Shown in pieces: positions 38,570-48,373 of a stretch of 64,000 nt of DNA (its first letter is position 1; each line of letters begins with the position of its first letter). The position numbers and the translations under genes are program-made. Below the pieces are notes generated by a model. That model was not told the origin of the DNA. It worked only from the letters and a program-made list of their open reading frames with translations, and searched no databases. Source of the stretch: Thermodesulfobacteriota bacterium (GTDB taxonomy: Bacteria > Desulfobacterota > Binatia > Bin18); assembly GCA_964291405.2 (NCBI GenBank), contig OZ219926.1, forward strand, positions 480,001-544,000. Direction: 5' to 3'.

Positions 38570-39223
38570 ATGGTCTTACGAATCTTCTCTCTTCTTTTGA
38601 GTTTCTTCCTCGCTTGCCTCGCATTCCCACCAAAGGGCCAGTCCACGACTGATCTGATGGATCAGTATCTCTCTTTATCAGGTGCGTTTTCTTTTGTACG
38701 CCGGGCTCCAGAGGGGACAGAGTCAAAAAAGATCGTGCTGAGCGTCTTTGAGGATTTTCTGTGTCCACATTGCTATGACGTCTTCTCCAACCTCATCCCG
38801 GCACTCAAGCAAAAATATCCAAAGCAGCTCGATGTCCGCTTTCACGCGGTCCCGATTGTCCATGCGTCCTCTCAAATTCCAGCCCGGGCTTATGCCATCT
38901 CTCACGAGTTGGGGCTGAGTGAAGAGATGCAGCGCGCGCTGTTTCACGCACGCTTTGAGGAAGATATTGATACGGGTAGCCGAGCCGGCATCGCCCATGT
39001 CGCCCACCGCATCGGCCTCGATCCCGAATTGCTCCTGAGCCAGCTCGATGCAGACGGGGGGAAGGCTGAGCTTGAAGCAACCATTGCCCTGGGGAACAGC
39101 TATCATATTGAGGGGGTTCCGACCCTGATCATCGACGGTTGGATACGGGTGCAGGATCTCTCTCCTCAGAACATCGAAACGATTATTGACGAGCTACTTG
39201 AGCGTAAACGGGGGAAACCGTGA
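38570..39223 (+). CDS. Periplasmic DsbA-like thiol:disulfide oxidoreductase
   Basis: Signal peptide, FEDFLCPHC, cis-Pro GVPT. Confidence 0.8.
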   Translation: MVLRIFSLLLSFFLACLAFPPKGQSTTDLMDQYLSLSGAFSFVRRAPEGTESKKIVLSVFEDFLCPHCYDVFSNLIPALKQKYPKQLDVRFHAVPIVHASSQIPARAYAISHELGLSEEMQRALFHARFEEDIDTGSRAGIAHVAHRIGLDPELLLSQLDADGGKAELEATIALGNSYHIEGVPTLIIDGWIRVQDLSPQNIETIIDELLERKRGKP

Positions 39224-39318
39224 GTCCAAAGGAGAGCTGACTTTTCCCATCTGGCGAGACAGTCGTATGTTCGTCAGCACCCGCTAGGACCACAGTGCAA
39301 CGCAGACAGGGGGGTGGC

Positions 39319-41748
39319 ATGAGCACTGAAGAGCGTGGCTATTTATATACACTGGGGGAGCAGATTATTGCGCGGCGCAGGCTTGTTTTGCTGCTCGTTA
39401 CCGTCGCCACCCTGATTTTTGCCTCGTTTGCCGTCCAGCTCGACCTCGTCACGCGTTTCGACGAACAACTGCCGGAGAACCACCCTTTCATTCAGGTCCA
39501 TAAAACCTACGCGCCGACCTTTGGTGGGGCCAACGCCATCATGCTGATGTTGGAGGTTGAAGAAGGCACCATCTTCAATCAGGCCACGTTGACCAAGATT
39601 TTCAATATGACCCAGGCGTTGGAACGGGTGTATGGCGTAAATAACGAATTGGTCAACTCCATCGCCCACCGAACCAACCGCCGCGTGATCATGAAAAGTG
39701 GCGGGATGCAGGAAGTCGAGCCGGTCATGGAACGGGCACCCGAGACCGAGGAAGAAGTTGAACGCGTACGCCGGATCGTACATTCCTCACGGAATTTATA
39801 CGGCGTGCTGGTTTCGCTGGACGAAAAGGCCGCCCTGCTCAATGCCACTTTTATCGAGCAGCGGCTCGATTATCGGCGGCTGTTTGAGGAAGTCCGGCGC
39901 TCTATCGTTGAGCCATATGAGGATGACAACACACGGATTTATCTGGCCGGTCAACCGGCCCTGTACGGCTGGGTGTATTTCTACGCCAAGCAAGTCTACG
40001 TCATTTTTCTGGCAACGACGGTACTGCTGTGGTTGCTGCTGTACTGGTATTTTCACGATGTCCGAGGGGCGCTACGGCCCACCTTGACCGGTGTTATATC
40101 GGCCATTTGGGGGCTGGGATTTATCAAGATGATCGGCTTCAGCCTCGACCCCCTCACCCTCGTCATTCCCTTCTTTATTACCGCCCGGGCGGTCAGCCAC
40201 TCCGTCCAGATGCATGAACGCTATTATGAGGAGTATCGCAAGGCGAATGGGCAAAAAGAGCCGGCCATTATTGCCTCGTTCGCCGAGCTTTTCGTGCCCA
40301 CCCTGTCGGGTATCCTGACCGATGCCCTGGGCCTGTTGGTGATCCTGTTCGTGCCCATTGTGCTCTTGCAGAAGCTCGCCATTAGTGCGGCGGTGTGGAT
40401 TCTCGCCATTACCGTGAGCGAGCTCTTGCTGAACCCGATCGTCTACCACTACCTGCGTGAACCCGACATCCGAGTCGTTGAACGGCGCGAGAACGGGCTC
40501 TTCAGGCGCATTGTCTCGACTGCGGCGAATTTTCTCGTCTCCCCCGCAGGCAAAGGGCTGACGCTCGCCAGTTGGGCACTTGTTTTGGTCATAAGCGTCT
40601 ACTTCTGGCAAAATCTGGTGATTGGCGATCCAACCGCGGCCACCCCACTCCTGTACCGCGACTCTCCGCACAATACCGCCCATGCCCGCATCCAAGACAC
40701 CTTTGGTGGGGTTGAGCAGCTCATGGTTGTGGTTGAGCGTAAAGAACCGGAGAAAGAAGAGGCCGAAGACGCGAGCGAAAGCCTGAGTGCGCTCGACCGA
40801 TTTCGTCAGCAAAGCGAGGAGCCTTCATTGGCAACTCCTGAGGTCTTGCCCTGGATCGAACAATTTCAGCGTGCGCTCGAACGCGACCCGGCGGTAGGGT
40901 TGAGCTTCTCATTTGTGGATATTTTGTCGGTCGTAAATGGAGCCATTCATGAACAAGAACCCAAATGGGAGGTCCTTCCCCGACGCAGGAGTGAAGTCCG
41001 GCTCCTGCTCGCCTCCTACTTCTTCGGCACCTCATTTCAGGAAAGCGCACAGGTCATTGATCACCAGTATCGCTCTGCACCCGTCCGATTCTTTCTGACC
41101 GACCATCAGGGGGAAACCATTCGACGGGTTATTCAGCGGGCTCGCGCCTATATCGATGCCCACCCCAGTGACATCGCCCAGTTCCGGCTCGCCGGCGGCC
41201 CTATTGGCGTGTTGGCCGCTGCCAACGAAGAGCTGTTTCGGAATGATATTCTGGTTAATATTCTTGGTTTTGGCACGATCTTCCTTGTCCTCGTTATTAC
41301 CTACCGCTCGATCATGGCCGGGGTGTATATGATTATCCCTCTGCTCGTCGCGAACGCCGTGATTAACGCATATATGGGGGCCCGCGATATTGGTATTAAT
41401 ATCCATACCCTCCCAGTGGTGACGGTCGGCGTCGGATTTGGCATCGACTATGCCCTGTATGTTGTGAGTCGTATTATCGAAGAGCATCGGCTGGGTAGCG
41501 GGCTGGATGACGCGGTGAGGACGGCACTCGCAACGTCCGGGAAAGCGGTGACCTTTACCGCGCTGACCATGATCCTCGGTACGCTGTTCTGGACCATGTC
41601 CAGCCTCCGCTTTAGTGCAGAGATGGGGCTGCTACTCGCCCTCTGGATGGGGGTAAGTTTCTTGGCGACCATGACGCTTTTACCCGTTCTGGTTGCGCTC
41701 TTCAAACCGCGCTTTGTCACGGCACAGGCCGCCGGAGCCGCAGATTAA
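39319..41748 (+). CDS. MMPL/RND-family transporter, paralogue 1
   Basis: Two repeats of TM + periplasmic domain + 5 TM; FGGAN, ARAVSHSVQ, VGVGFGIDY, TSGKAV. Confidence 0.88.
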   Translation: MSTEERGYLYTLGEQIIARRRLVLLLVTVATLIFASFAVQLDLVTRFDEQLPENHPFIQVHKTYAPTFGGANAIMLMLEVEEGTIFNQATLTKIFNMTQALERVYGVNNELVNSIAHRTNRRVIMKSGGMQEVEPVMERAPETEEEVERVRRIVHSSRNLYGVLVSLDEKAALLNATFIEQRLDYRRLFEEVRRSIVEPYEDDNTRIYLAGQPALYGWVYFYAKQVYVIFLATTVLLWLLLYWYFHDVRGALRPTLTGVISAIWGLGFIKMIGFSLDPLTLVIPFFITARAVSHSVQMHERYYEEYRKANGQKEPAIIASFAELFVPTLSGILTDALGLLVILFVPIVLLQKLAISAAVWILAITVSELLLNPIVYHYLREPDIRVVERRENGLFRRIVSTAANFLVSPAGKGLTLASWALVLVISVYFWQNLVIGDPTAATPLLYRDSPHNTAHARIQDTFGGVEQLMVVVERKEPEKEEAEDASESLSALDRFRQQSEEPSLATPEVLPWIEQFQRALERDPAVGLSFSFVDILSVVNGAIHEQEPKWEVLPRRRSEVRLLLASYFFGTSFQESAQVIDHQYRSAPVRFFLTDHQGETIRRVIQRARAYIDAHPSDIAQFRLAGGPIGVLAAANEELFRNDILVNILGFGTIFLVLVITYRSIMAGVYMIIPLLVANAVINAYMGARDIGINIHTLPVVTVGVGFGIDYALYVVSRIIEEHRLGSGLDDAVRTALATSGKAVTFTALTMILGTLFWTMSSLRFSAEMGLLLALWMGVSFLATMTLLPVLVALFKPRFVTAQAAGAAD

Positions 41749-41984
41749 CCGCTTTGTCCGTGGAACACTTGAGGAGAAGAACCGAAGAAGAATATTCCCC
41801 CGATCCTGCCGCCCCTCCTCTGGGAGGGGGAAAAAGCCTCTTCTGAAACTATTGACAAATATGCCCTCTAATAAAGATAAAGCCATTATAGAAAGGATAC
41901 GATTATGAGCCGTGCCCCCCCGTGCTGACCAAACCACCGCTCGCATATATCTCGCAGGAATATTATAAAAAAGGAGAGGATTTT

Positions 41985-43310
41985 ATGAGAACCTATTGGT
42001 GGGCCAGAATTGCCTGCGCACTGACGCTCGTAGGCGCGATGAGTCTGTCAGCCCCGAGCTGGGTGGCTGCCGATGTCAACCCAGGGGACACCATTACCAA
42101 AGACAACATGGCCGAGGCAGGTGAACTCCTTATCCCAGGCATACAGTGGTTTGTCGAAAACGGCATGCCCATTAAGGTCATTGAGTATAAGAAAGTCAAT
42201 CTGCCTAAACTCTACGCCGAAGCGACCGAGAAATACTCAGGCCAAGTCCAAATCTCGGCCGACGGCCGGGAAATGTTAAACTACGTAGCCGGTCTCCCGT
42301 TCCCAAACATTGATCCCAACGACCCCCTGGCTGGGGCGAAGATCATGTGGAACCAGGAGCAGAAGCCTTCTTATGTGGACAACGTGGGGACCGAATGGAT
42401 CATGGAACTCGTCAATAACCGGGGCGAGATGGAACGTATGTACGGCTCCCAGTTCTGGCGTCGGATGATGTGGACCGGTCGTCTGTACACCGACCCCAAA
42501 CCGATTGTCCCGAACAACCCGCCAATGCGGTATACGGAGCAGTTTGGTCCGCTTTTTATTCCCAACGACCTGAAGGGCGCTGGCGTGCTCAATACGCGCT
42601 ATCTGCCGACGAACATTCCGGATGACTCCTATATGTATCTGCCTGAGCTGCGTCGTGTGCGTCGTATCAGCGTCGCAAACCGCTCGGATGCCTTCTGGGG
42701 CACGGACATGGATCTCGACTCCCTGTGGGGCATGAATTCCAAGCACGCGTACTGGAAGTGGCGCCTCTTGGCCGAAAAGCAAATTCTGGCCCCGGTCCAT
42801 ATGGGACAATACGGCACCAGAGATGTCTGGTGTGCACAGCCGGACGGCAGAAGCGGCGTGATCGCGGGTATGCCGTGCAATATCAACTGGGAAAAGCGCA
42901 ACGTCTACGTTGTTGAAGGACTCCCGGTTGCCTACAGCCAGTATGCCTATTCCAAGCGTATCATGTATGTCGACAAAGACTTCTGGGCTCAGAATTTCTC
43001 GGAAATGTACGACAACGGTGGTGAGCTGTGGAAGCTCTGGTTTAATATGTTTGAGTATGGCCCCCTGCCGTACGAAGGCTATCCGGTAAAACCGATCCGT
43101 GGTGCCAAATACAATTACACGGATGACTGGGCCTTCACTCCGCATGGGATGCAGATGGACCTCCAGCTTGCCCACTTCAGCAAGTGGGATGCGCCATCCG
43201 GCTATGAGAAGCGGGAAGACTGGATCAACGAGTGGTATTTCAACGAGGCAATTGAATTCAACACCTCCAAAGCGTTCTCGGTGAACTTCCTCATCCAGAG
43301 CGCCCGTTAG
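41985..43310 (+). CDS. DUF1329 (LolA-like lipoprotein-sorting fold) periplasmic protein, paralogue 1
   Basis: Signal peptide; NYVAGLPFP, KIMWN, DDSYMYLPELRRVRR, YSKRIMYVDK, YDNGGELWK. Confidence 0.82.
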   Translation: MRTYWWARIACALTLVGAMSLSAPSWVAADVNPGDTITKDNMAEAGELLIPGIQWFVENGMPIKVIEYKKVNLPKLYAEATEKYSGQVQISADGREMLNYVAGLPFPNIDPNDPLAGAKIMWNQEQKPSYVDNVGTEWIMELVNNRGEMERMYGSQFWRRMMWTGRLYTDPKPIVPNNPPMRYTEQFGPLFIPNDLKGAGVLNTRYLPTNIPDDSYMYLPELRRVRRISVANRSDAFWGTDMDLDSLWGMNSKHAYWKWRLLAEKQILAPVHMGQYGTRDVWCAQPDGRSGVIAGMPCNINWEKRNVYVVEGLPVAYSQYAYSKRIMYVDKDFWAQNFSEMYDNGGELWKLWFNMFEYGPLPYEGYPVKPIRGAKYNYTDDWAFTPHGMQMDLQLAHFSKWDAPSGYEKREDWINEWYFNEAIEFNTSKAFSVNFLIQSAR

Positions 43311-43321
43311 CCCTACGAGCC

Positions 43322-43357
43322 AGCGAGAGAGGTAACAGCCATGTTACCTCTCTCGCT
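43322..43357. terminator. 16-bp perfect hairpin after the DUF1329 gene
   Basis: AGCGAGAGAGGTAACA-GCCA-TGTTACCTCTCTCGCT; no U-tract, so it may stabilise the mRNA rather than terminate. Confidence 0.55.
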
Positions 43358-43438
43358 CATAACAGACTAACCGGCGGCTTTTTCTCTATTTTCTTTTTTG
43401 CTAGGGTGCCCGTACTTTCATTTTGCGGAGGGGGAATT

Positions 43439-43804
43439 ATGGCCAGTGATACAGAGCAGGCAGGCGGGGACAGTAATCTTTCAAGAGCGGTTTGGTATTA
43501 CATCAGCGTTGGGGTGCTGTGGCTTGGGTTAATACTTACTGGCCTCGCCTTTGAGCGCCTCGGACTGACCACATCGTATCTGACAGGCATACTCCCAGGC
43601 GAGGTAAACAGCCTCAGGACACAGGTCGCAGAGCTTGAGGGCACCAACAAGGAACTCACCCACGATAGGGACCGCGCGGCGAAAACACGCAACACGCTTG
43701 AGGTCGAGGTGAATAAGCTGAAACGGCTCCAGCGGGAACTCGAGGCCGAGATTGATGCATTGAAAGCCGCGCCTGCCGCAGTGGCCACGCCCTCAGCGTC
43801 ATAG
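43439..43804 (+). CDS. Single-TM coiled-coil protein
   Basis: One TM segment followed by a heptad-rich region; GGAGG RBS. Confidence 0.6.
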   Translation: MASDTEQAGGDSNLSRAVWYYISVGVLWLGLILTGLAFERLGLTTSYLTGILPGEVNSLRTQVAELEGTNKELTHDRDRAAKTRNTLEVEVNKLKRLQRELEAEIDALKAAPAAVATPSAS

Positions 43805-43834
43805 TCCAGCCAGCAAGATTTTTGTAGGGTTTTT

Positions 43835-44794
43835 ATGATCGGCGTTCAGAACGTTACCAAATATTATGGGCAAGTTTGCGCCCTTGACCGAGTTTCCTTT
43901 GATATCAAGAGCGGGGAAATTGTCGGCCTGCTCGGACCAAACGGTTCGGGCAAAACGACGCTCATGCGTATCCTAACCGGATTTTTTTCGGCAACGGAAG
44001 GGACAGTCCACGTGGCCGGGCTTGACGTGTCGACGTCTTCGCTTGCGGTCCGCAACCGTCTGGGCTATCTGCCGGAAAACGTCGTCCTCTACCCGGACAT
44101 GTCGGTCCGAGCATTTCTGAATTTCTGCGCTCGGATCAAGATTAATAGCGTGTCACAGCGGCGCACCAATGTTGAACGCGTCCTCAGCGAGTGCGCGCTT
44201 GAAGACATGGCTCATCGTCAAATGGGAACGCTGTCGAAGGGCTACCGCCAGCGGGTAGGGTTAGCCCAGGCTCTCCTGAGTGAGCCTGAGGTTCTCATCC
44301 TGGACGAGCCGACGGTTGGCCTTGATCCGAACCAAGTGATCGATATCCGTGAGCTCATCAAGGGACTGGGCGGGAAGGCAACCATCCTGCTGTCAAGTCA
44401 TATTCTGCACGAGGTGGAATTGACCTGCGAACGGGTGGTCATTATCGATAAGGGTCGCATCATTGCCGAAGATACCACGGAACGCCTGAGCGAGCGGATT
44501 CAGGGCATGGCAAGCGTGCTGGTCCGAGTGGGCGGACCGCGTCAAAGCGTTCTGCATGCACTACGGGCGATCAAGGCGGTCGCCCAAGTCACCGAGCAAA
44601 ACAAGAAAGACGGTGACGGACCAGAGGATGCTGTTTTTACGGTTCAGTCCTCCAATCAAGATATCGCCCGAGAGGTTGCCCAGACAGTAATCAATAACGG
44701 CTGGGCTCTGCATGAGCTCAGACCGGTCACCCTCGACCTTGAAGCCCTTTTTGTCCGTTTGACCAGAAGAGCAGAGCAAAAGGAGGCGGCGTGA
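43835..44794 (+). CDS. ABC transporter ATP-binding protein (GldA-like)
   Basis: GPNGSGKTT, LSKGYRQRVGLAQA, LILDEPT.GLDPNQ, SSH. Confidence 0.9.
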   Translation: MIGVQNVTKYYGQVCALDRVSFDIKSGEIVGLLGPNGSGKTTLMRILTGFFSATEGTVHVAGLDVSTSSLAVRNRLGYLPENVVLYPDMSVRAFLNFCARIKINSVSQRRTNVERVLSECALEDMAHRQMGTLSKGYRQRVGLAQALLSEPEVLILDEPTVGLDPNQVIDIRELIKGLGGKATILLSSHILHEVELTCERVVIIDKGRIIAEDTTERLSERIQGMASVLVRVGGPRQSVLHALRAIKAVAQVTEQNKKDGDGPEDAVFTVQSSNQDIAREVAQTVINNGWALHELRPVTLDLEALFVRLTRRAEQKEAA

Positions 44795-44888
44795 AGAGTC
44801 ACGGAGCCCGTCACATCTCAGCATCGAGGTCAGGCGATCAGCGTCATCGGGTAGAGAGTGGATAAGACATCTTATAAAAGGTGGGACG

Positions 44889-45638
44889 ATGTTTGCGAAT
44901 TTTTGGGCCGTCCTGAATAAGGAATTACGCTCGTATTTTCTGTCGCCGTTTATTTATCTGATCTCGGCGGTCTTCCTGTTGCTGAGTGGCTATTATTTTT
45001 ACTCCGACCTGGTTTTCTATGTCCAGTTTGGCTTTGGTCTGAATATCATGGAAAACTTTTGGCAGCTCATGTTCACCGACCTGCGTCTGGTCATCATGCT
45101 CACCGTCCCCTTCCTGACCATGCGTCTCTTCGCCGAAGAAAAACGGCTCGGCACGATCGAACTCTTGCTGACCTATCCGATGCGTGACGCCGACCTCTTT
45201 TGGGGCAAATTTGTCGCGTGTGCTATTGCCACGCTGTTTATGCTGTCATTCACTCTGATCTATCCAGTGTTGATGTTTGCCCTGCAACCGTTCAATTGGA
45301 CGCTGATAGTGCCTGGCTATGTTGGGCTGGTGATGCTCTCCCTGGCGTTTATCGCCTGTGGCCTGTTTATTTCGTCTCTCACGGATAACATCGTCGTTGC
45401 AGGTTTGGGTTCGCTCGGGACGCTGCTCTTTTTTTGGATTCTGAGCTGGAATGACGGGGCAACGCAATTCGGGCTCATCAGCACGATTGCCTCCGTCTCC
45501 ATGGTCACCCACTTCCAGAGCTTTGCTCTTGGGTTCATCGATGCAAAAGAAATCACCTTCTTTTTGCTCTTTATTATCTTTTTCAGCTTTCTGACCCTTC
45601 GCTCCCTGGAAGCGCGACAGTGGAGGGGACGCCGATGA
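44889..45638 (+). CDS. ABC-2 permease (GldF-like)
   Basis: KELRSYF.SP, P.LTMRLFAEEKR.GTIELLLTYP, GKF. Confidence 0.88.
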   Translation: MFANFWAVLNKELRSYFLSPFIYLISAVFLLLSGYYFYSDLVFYVQFGFGLNIMENFWQLMFTDLRLVIMLTVPFLTMRLFAEEKRLGTIELLLTYPMRDADLFWGKFVACAIATLFMLSFTLIYPVLMFALQPFNWTLIVPGYVGLVMLSLAFIACGLFISSLTDNIVVAGLGSLGTLLFFWILSWNDGATQFGLISTIASVSMVTHFQSFALGFIDAKEITFFLLFIIFFSFLTLRSLEARQWRGRR

Positions 45639-46999
45639 ATGCCAACGTTCGCAACACGATTAAACTCATTATTGGAACTCTGGGATTCTTTGCTCTGATT
45701 GTTGCTGTCCAATCTATCCTATCTGAATACAATCAGCGGCTTGACCTGACTCCACAGAAAAAGTTTACGCTCTCGCCGCGGGCGCAACAGGTCGTATCCG
45801 ACCTGAAACGCGATGTCCAGGTCATGGCCTTTGTTCACAGTGACCGTCCGGAAAATTTCTTTATCAAGGACATGCTCAGCCGCATGGCCAACCTCTCGCC
45901 GCACTTCAACTACAGTATTGTTGACATCAATCGGAATCCTGCCCTGGCCCGGGAATACCAGGCTACCCAATACGGAACCATGGTGTTTGAGTCGAGCGGG
46001 ATACGCAAAGGGACGCTGCTGGGTAGGGGCGAATCCGCAGCCGTTGCCACCCTGCTTCAGGTTTCGCGTGCACCAGGCGACAAAGTTATTTACTTTCTGA
46101 CCGGGCACGGGGAGGCGGCTCTGGCCGACGCCTCCCCGCAGCGGGGCTATAGCAAGCTCCGGGGGGCCCTGGTTGATGAGTTTTATGATGAGAAAAGCCT
46201 CTCACTCGGAGAGAGCGGAGCGGTCCCGGAGGATGCGACTGCGGTTGTCATCTTCGGCCCAACATCTGAGTTTCTCCCGTTTGAGTTGGAAGCACTGGAC
46301 GTCTATGTGCGGCGTGGTGGCGCCCTGTTCGTATTGCTCGATCCGGACAGCTCGCCCTCATTTGTTACCTTTCTTGAGAGATACGGCATTAGCCTGCCCC
46401 CCCTTATTGCAGTCGATCCCACTAAGCGTCTGTTTGCCGGCGAGATGTTGACCTTCCGGGCTTCCGCCACCAAGAAGCCGCACCCGATGATCCGCTCGGT
46501 TAATGCGCCGCCTATTTTTTCACTCGCCCGCGTGGTGTACATGGAGCCAGATGAGGAAAAGGGCCTGATGGCCACAGCTATTCTGGCTACCTCGCCCCAG
46601 GGCTGGGCCAGTGCCCAGGAAAACATCCCACGCACCGGGATTACAAAATTTGAGGAGGGGCGGGACTTTCGTGGCCCAATTCCTATTGCCGGTGAGATGG
46701 CTATTCGGACTGAGGATGCGCTCGGACGTATTGTGGTGTTTGGCGATGCGGATTTTGTCAATAATAATTTAGTCGAACAGGGCGGCAATAAAGACCTCTT
46801 CATCAATGCCATCAATTGGCTCGCCGATGACCAAACTCAGATGGCGGCCAGGCCGGAGACACAACAGTCGGGCGTCAATCAACTCTTTCTCTCCTCGGAT
46901 CAAATTCAGACCGTTCTTGTCACAAGCACCGTCATCGTGCCAGGCTCTTTCTTGTTAATCGGGGTGGGTGTCTTTACGTGGCGGAGGTATCACGGATGA
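45635..46999 (+). CDS. GldG-like ABC auxiliary component
   Basis: RLDLT..KKFTLS, VIYFLTGHGE, RIVVFGDADF.NN, N.DLFINAINWL; ATGA overlap with the permease. Confidence 0.82.
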   Translation: MNANVRNTIKLIIGTLGFFALIVAVQSILSEYNQRLDLTPQKKFTLSPRAQQVVSDLKRDVQVMAFVHSDRPENFFIKDMLSRMANLSPHFNYSIVDINRNPALAREYQATQYGTMVFESSGIRKGTLLGRGESAAVATLLQVSRAPGDKVIYFLTGHGEAALADASPQRGYSKLRGALVDEFYDEKSLSLGESGAVPEDATAVVIFGPTSEFLPFELEALDVYVRRGGALFVLLDPDSSPSFVTFLERYGISLPPLIAVDPTKRLFAGEMLTFRASATKKPHPMIRSVNAPPIFSLARVVYMEPDEEKGLMATAILATSPQGWASAQENIPRTGITKFEEGRDFRGPIPIAGEMAIRTEDALGRIVVFGDADFVNNNLVEQGGNKDLFINAINWLADDQTQMAARPETQQSGVNQLFLSSDQIQTVLVTSTVIVPGSFLLIGVGVFTWRRYHG

Positions 47000-47574
47000 C
47001 GTGGCAGCGGGTTGGGCTATACTACATTCTTGCCGTTGTACTCGGTGGATATTATCTCCTCTTTGAATGGCGTCCGGGCGGCCCGGAGGCGCCTATCTTT
47101 GAACCGCGTCCAGTCCGGGAGGGGACTTTTCTCACCCTCAAACGCGGCACGATTCATAGGCTCTCCATCCATCGCCAGAAGCACACCTTTGTCTCGCAGC
47201 GCAGCGAGGCTCAGCCGGGTGAGACTCAGGCGGAGTGGCGGACCCTTGAGCCGTCAGGTGCACCGGTCACCTCTGCGCTTGTGATCAGTTTTATTGAAAA
47301 CCTCACCCCGGATAGAAAGGTACCCATCGTCCATGAGGCCCCGGAGGATTTGACATCGTACGGTCTGGCCCCCCCTGCTTCAACCGTCATCGTTGAAGGC
47401 GATGGAGAGCAAGGCAAAGAAACCGTTTTCATTGGCGGCTATAATCCGACAAAAACGGCCGTCTATGCCCGTAAAGACGGCTCTCCCGAAGTGCTCCTAT
47501 TGGGCTATAATGTGAAATATTACGAAGACCTTATCTTTCAGGCGACACGGCGTGATACGGAAGAGAGTTCCTAA
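46996..47574 (+). CDS. DUF4340-like membrane-anchored protein
   Basis: N-terminal TM; DLTSYGL..P, IG..NP....VYAR; usual position after GldG; ATGA overlap. Confidence 0.65.
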   Translation: MTWQRVGLYYILAVVLGGYYLLFEWRPGGPEAPIFEPRPVREGTFLTLKRGTIHRLSIHRQKHTFVSQRSEAQPGETQAEWRTLEPSGAPVTSALVISFIENLTPDRKVPIVHEAPEDLTSYGLAPPASTVIVEGDGEQGKETVFIGGYNPTKTAVYARKDGSPEVLLLGYNVKYYEDLIFQATRRDTEESS

Positions 47575-47617
47575 TCGGCGACCAGTCTTAAGCCGCCGCC
47601 CGAGCAAGAAGAGTCAG

Positions 47618-48184
47618 ATGAACAAGCACTCTCGGCGGTCTTGTTCAAGGCTGCTTACATTATCGCTTTTGTTTATCTGGCTCGCTGTGCTGCCCGGCTG
47701 CCAGTTTGAAGAAATAAGTATCCAGGACGACCTGACGACGTATATGGACCAGGCTCGCCTCTGGGCGGCGACCGAGGCAAAAATTAACAACGCGATCGCC
47801 AGCGCCCGAGAAGACCAGTTCGTTCATGACGACTTTGTACTGGAAACTATGCGCCCGGCAATTGGGGTCGCCCGGGAGTATGTTGTCGAGTTAGAGCGCT
47901 ATGAACCACAGTCCCCGGCCCTGATGCAGATACATCAGGGCTATATCGAATCCTGGCGCGCCCATGAGTTCGCCCTGGTGTCGGTCGTTGATGCGGTTGA
48001 GCGACAGGATTACATTCAGCTCTCACGGGCGAACGATGAGCTGCTGGAGGCGCAGCGCTCGGTTTCGGATGTTCTTGCCGCTCTTGCGCGGCTGCTGCGT
48101 GAAGCGGGCCTGGCCCCGGACACGCCGACCGGACGGCCGCTCGCCCCCCCGCGTGAGGGATTCAGCATTGACCCCTCTTCCTGA
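47618..48184 (+). CDS. Helical lipoprotein of unknown function
   Basis: Hydrophobic segment ending in an LPGC lipobox. Confidence 0.6.
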   Translation: MNKHSRRSCSRLLTLSLLFIWLAVLPGCQFEEISIQDDLTTYMDQARLWAATEAKINNAIASAREDQFVHDDFVLETMRPAIGVAREYVVELERYEPQSPALMQIHQGYIESWRAHEFALVSVVDAVERQDYIQLSRANDELLEAQRSVSDVLAALARLLREAGLAPDTPTGRPLAPPREGFSIDPSS

Positions 48185-48373
48185 AAATACCTATTTCAGG
48201 ACGGCAAAAACACAGTCCCATCAAAGCCTGGCAAAAGACCCTGGATTTCCTCCCCTTCCGCAGTAGTAGAAAAAAACCTGCCGCTGAGCTATTGATCCTT
48301 ATCCCCACACTCCATATTACAGTGGGGAAGAAATCCCACTCAGGGCAGAGGTTTTCGAAAGGAGGCTTATATT

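Noticed and set aside
43835-46999. Gliding motility function for the GldAFG-like genes
   Set aside because: No other gliding or type IX secretion genes here; this ABC family is common in non-gliding bacteria
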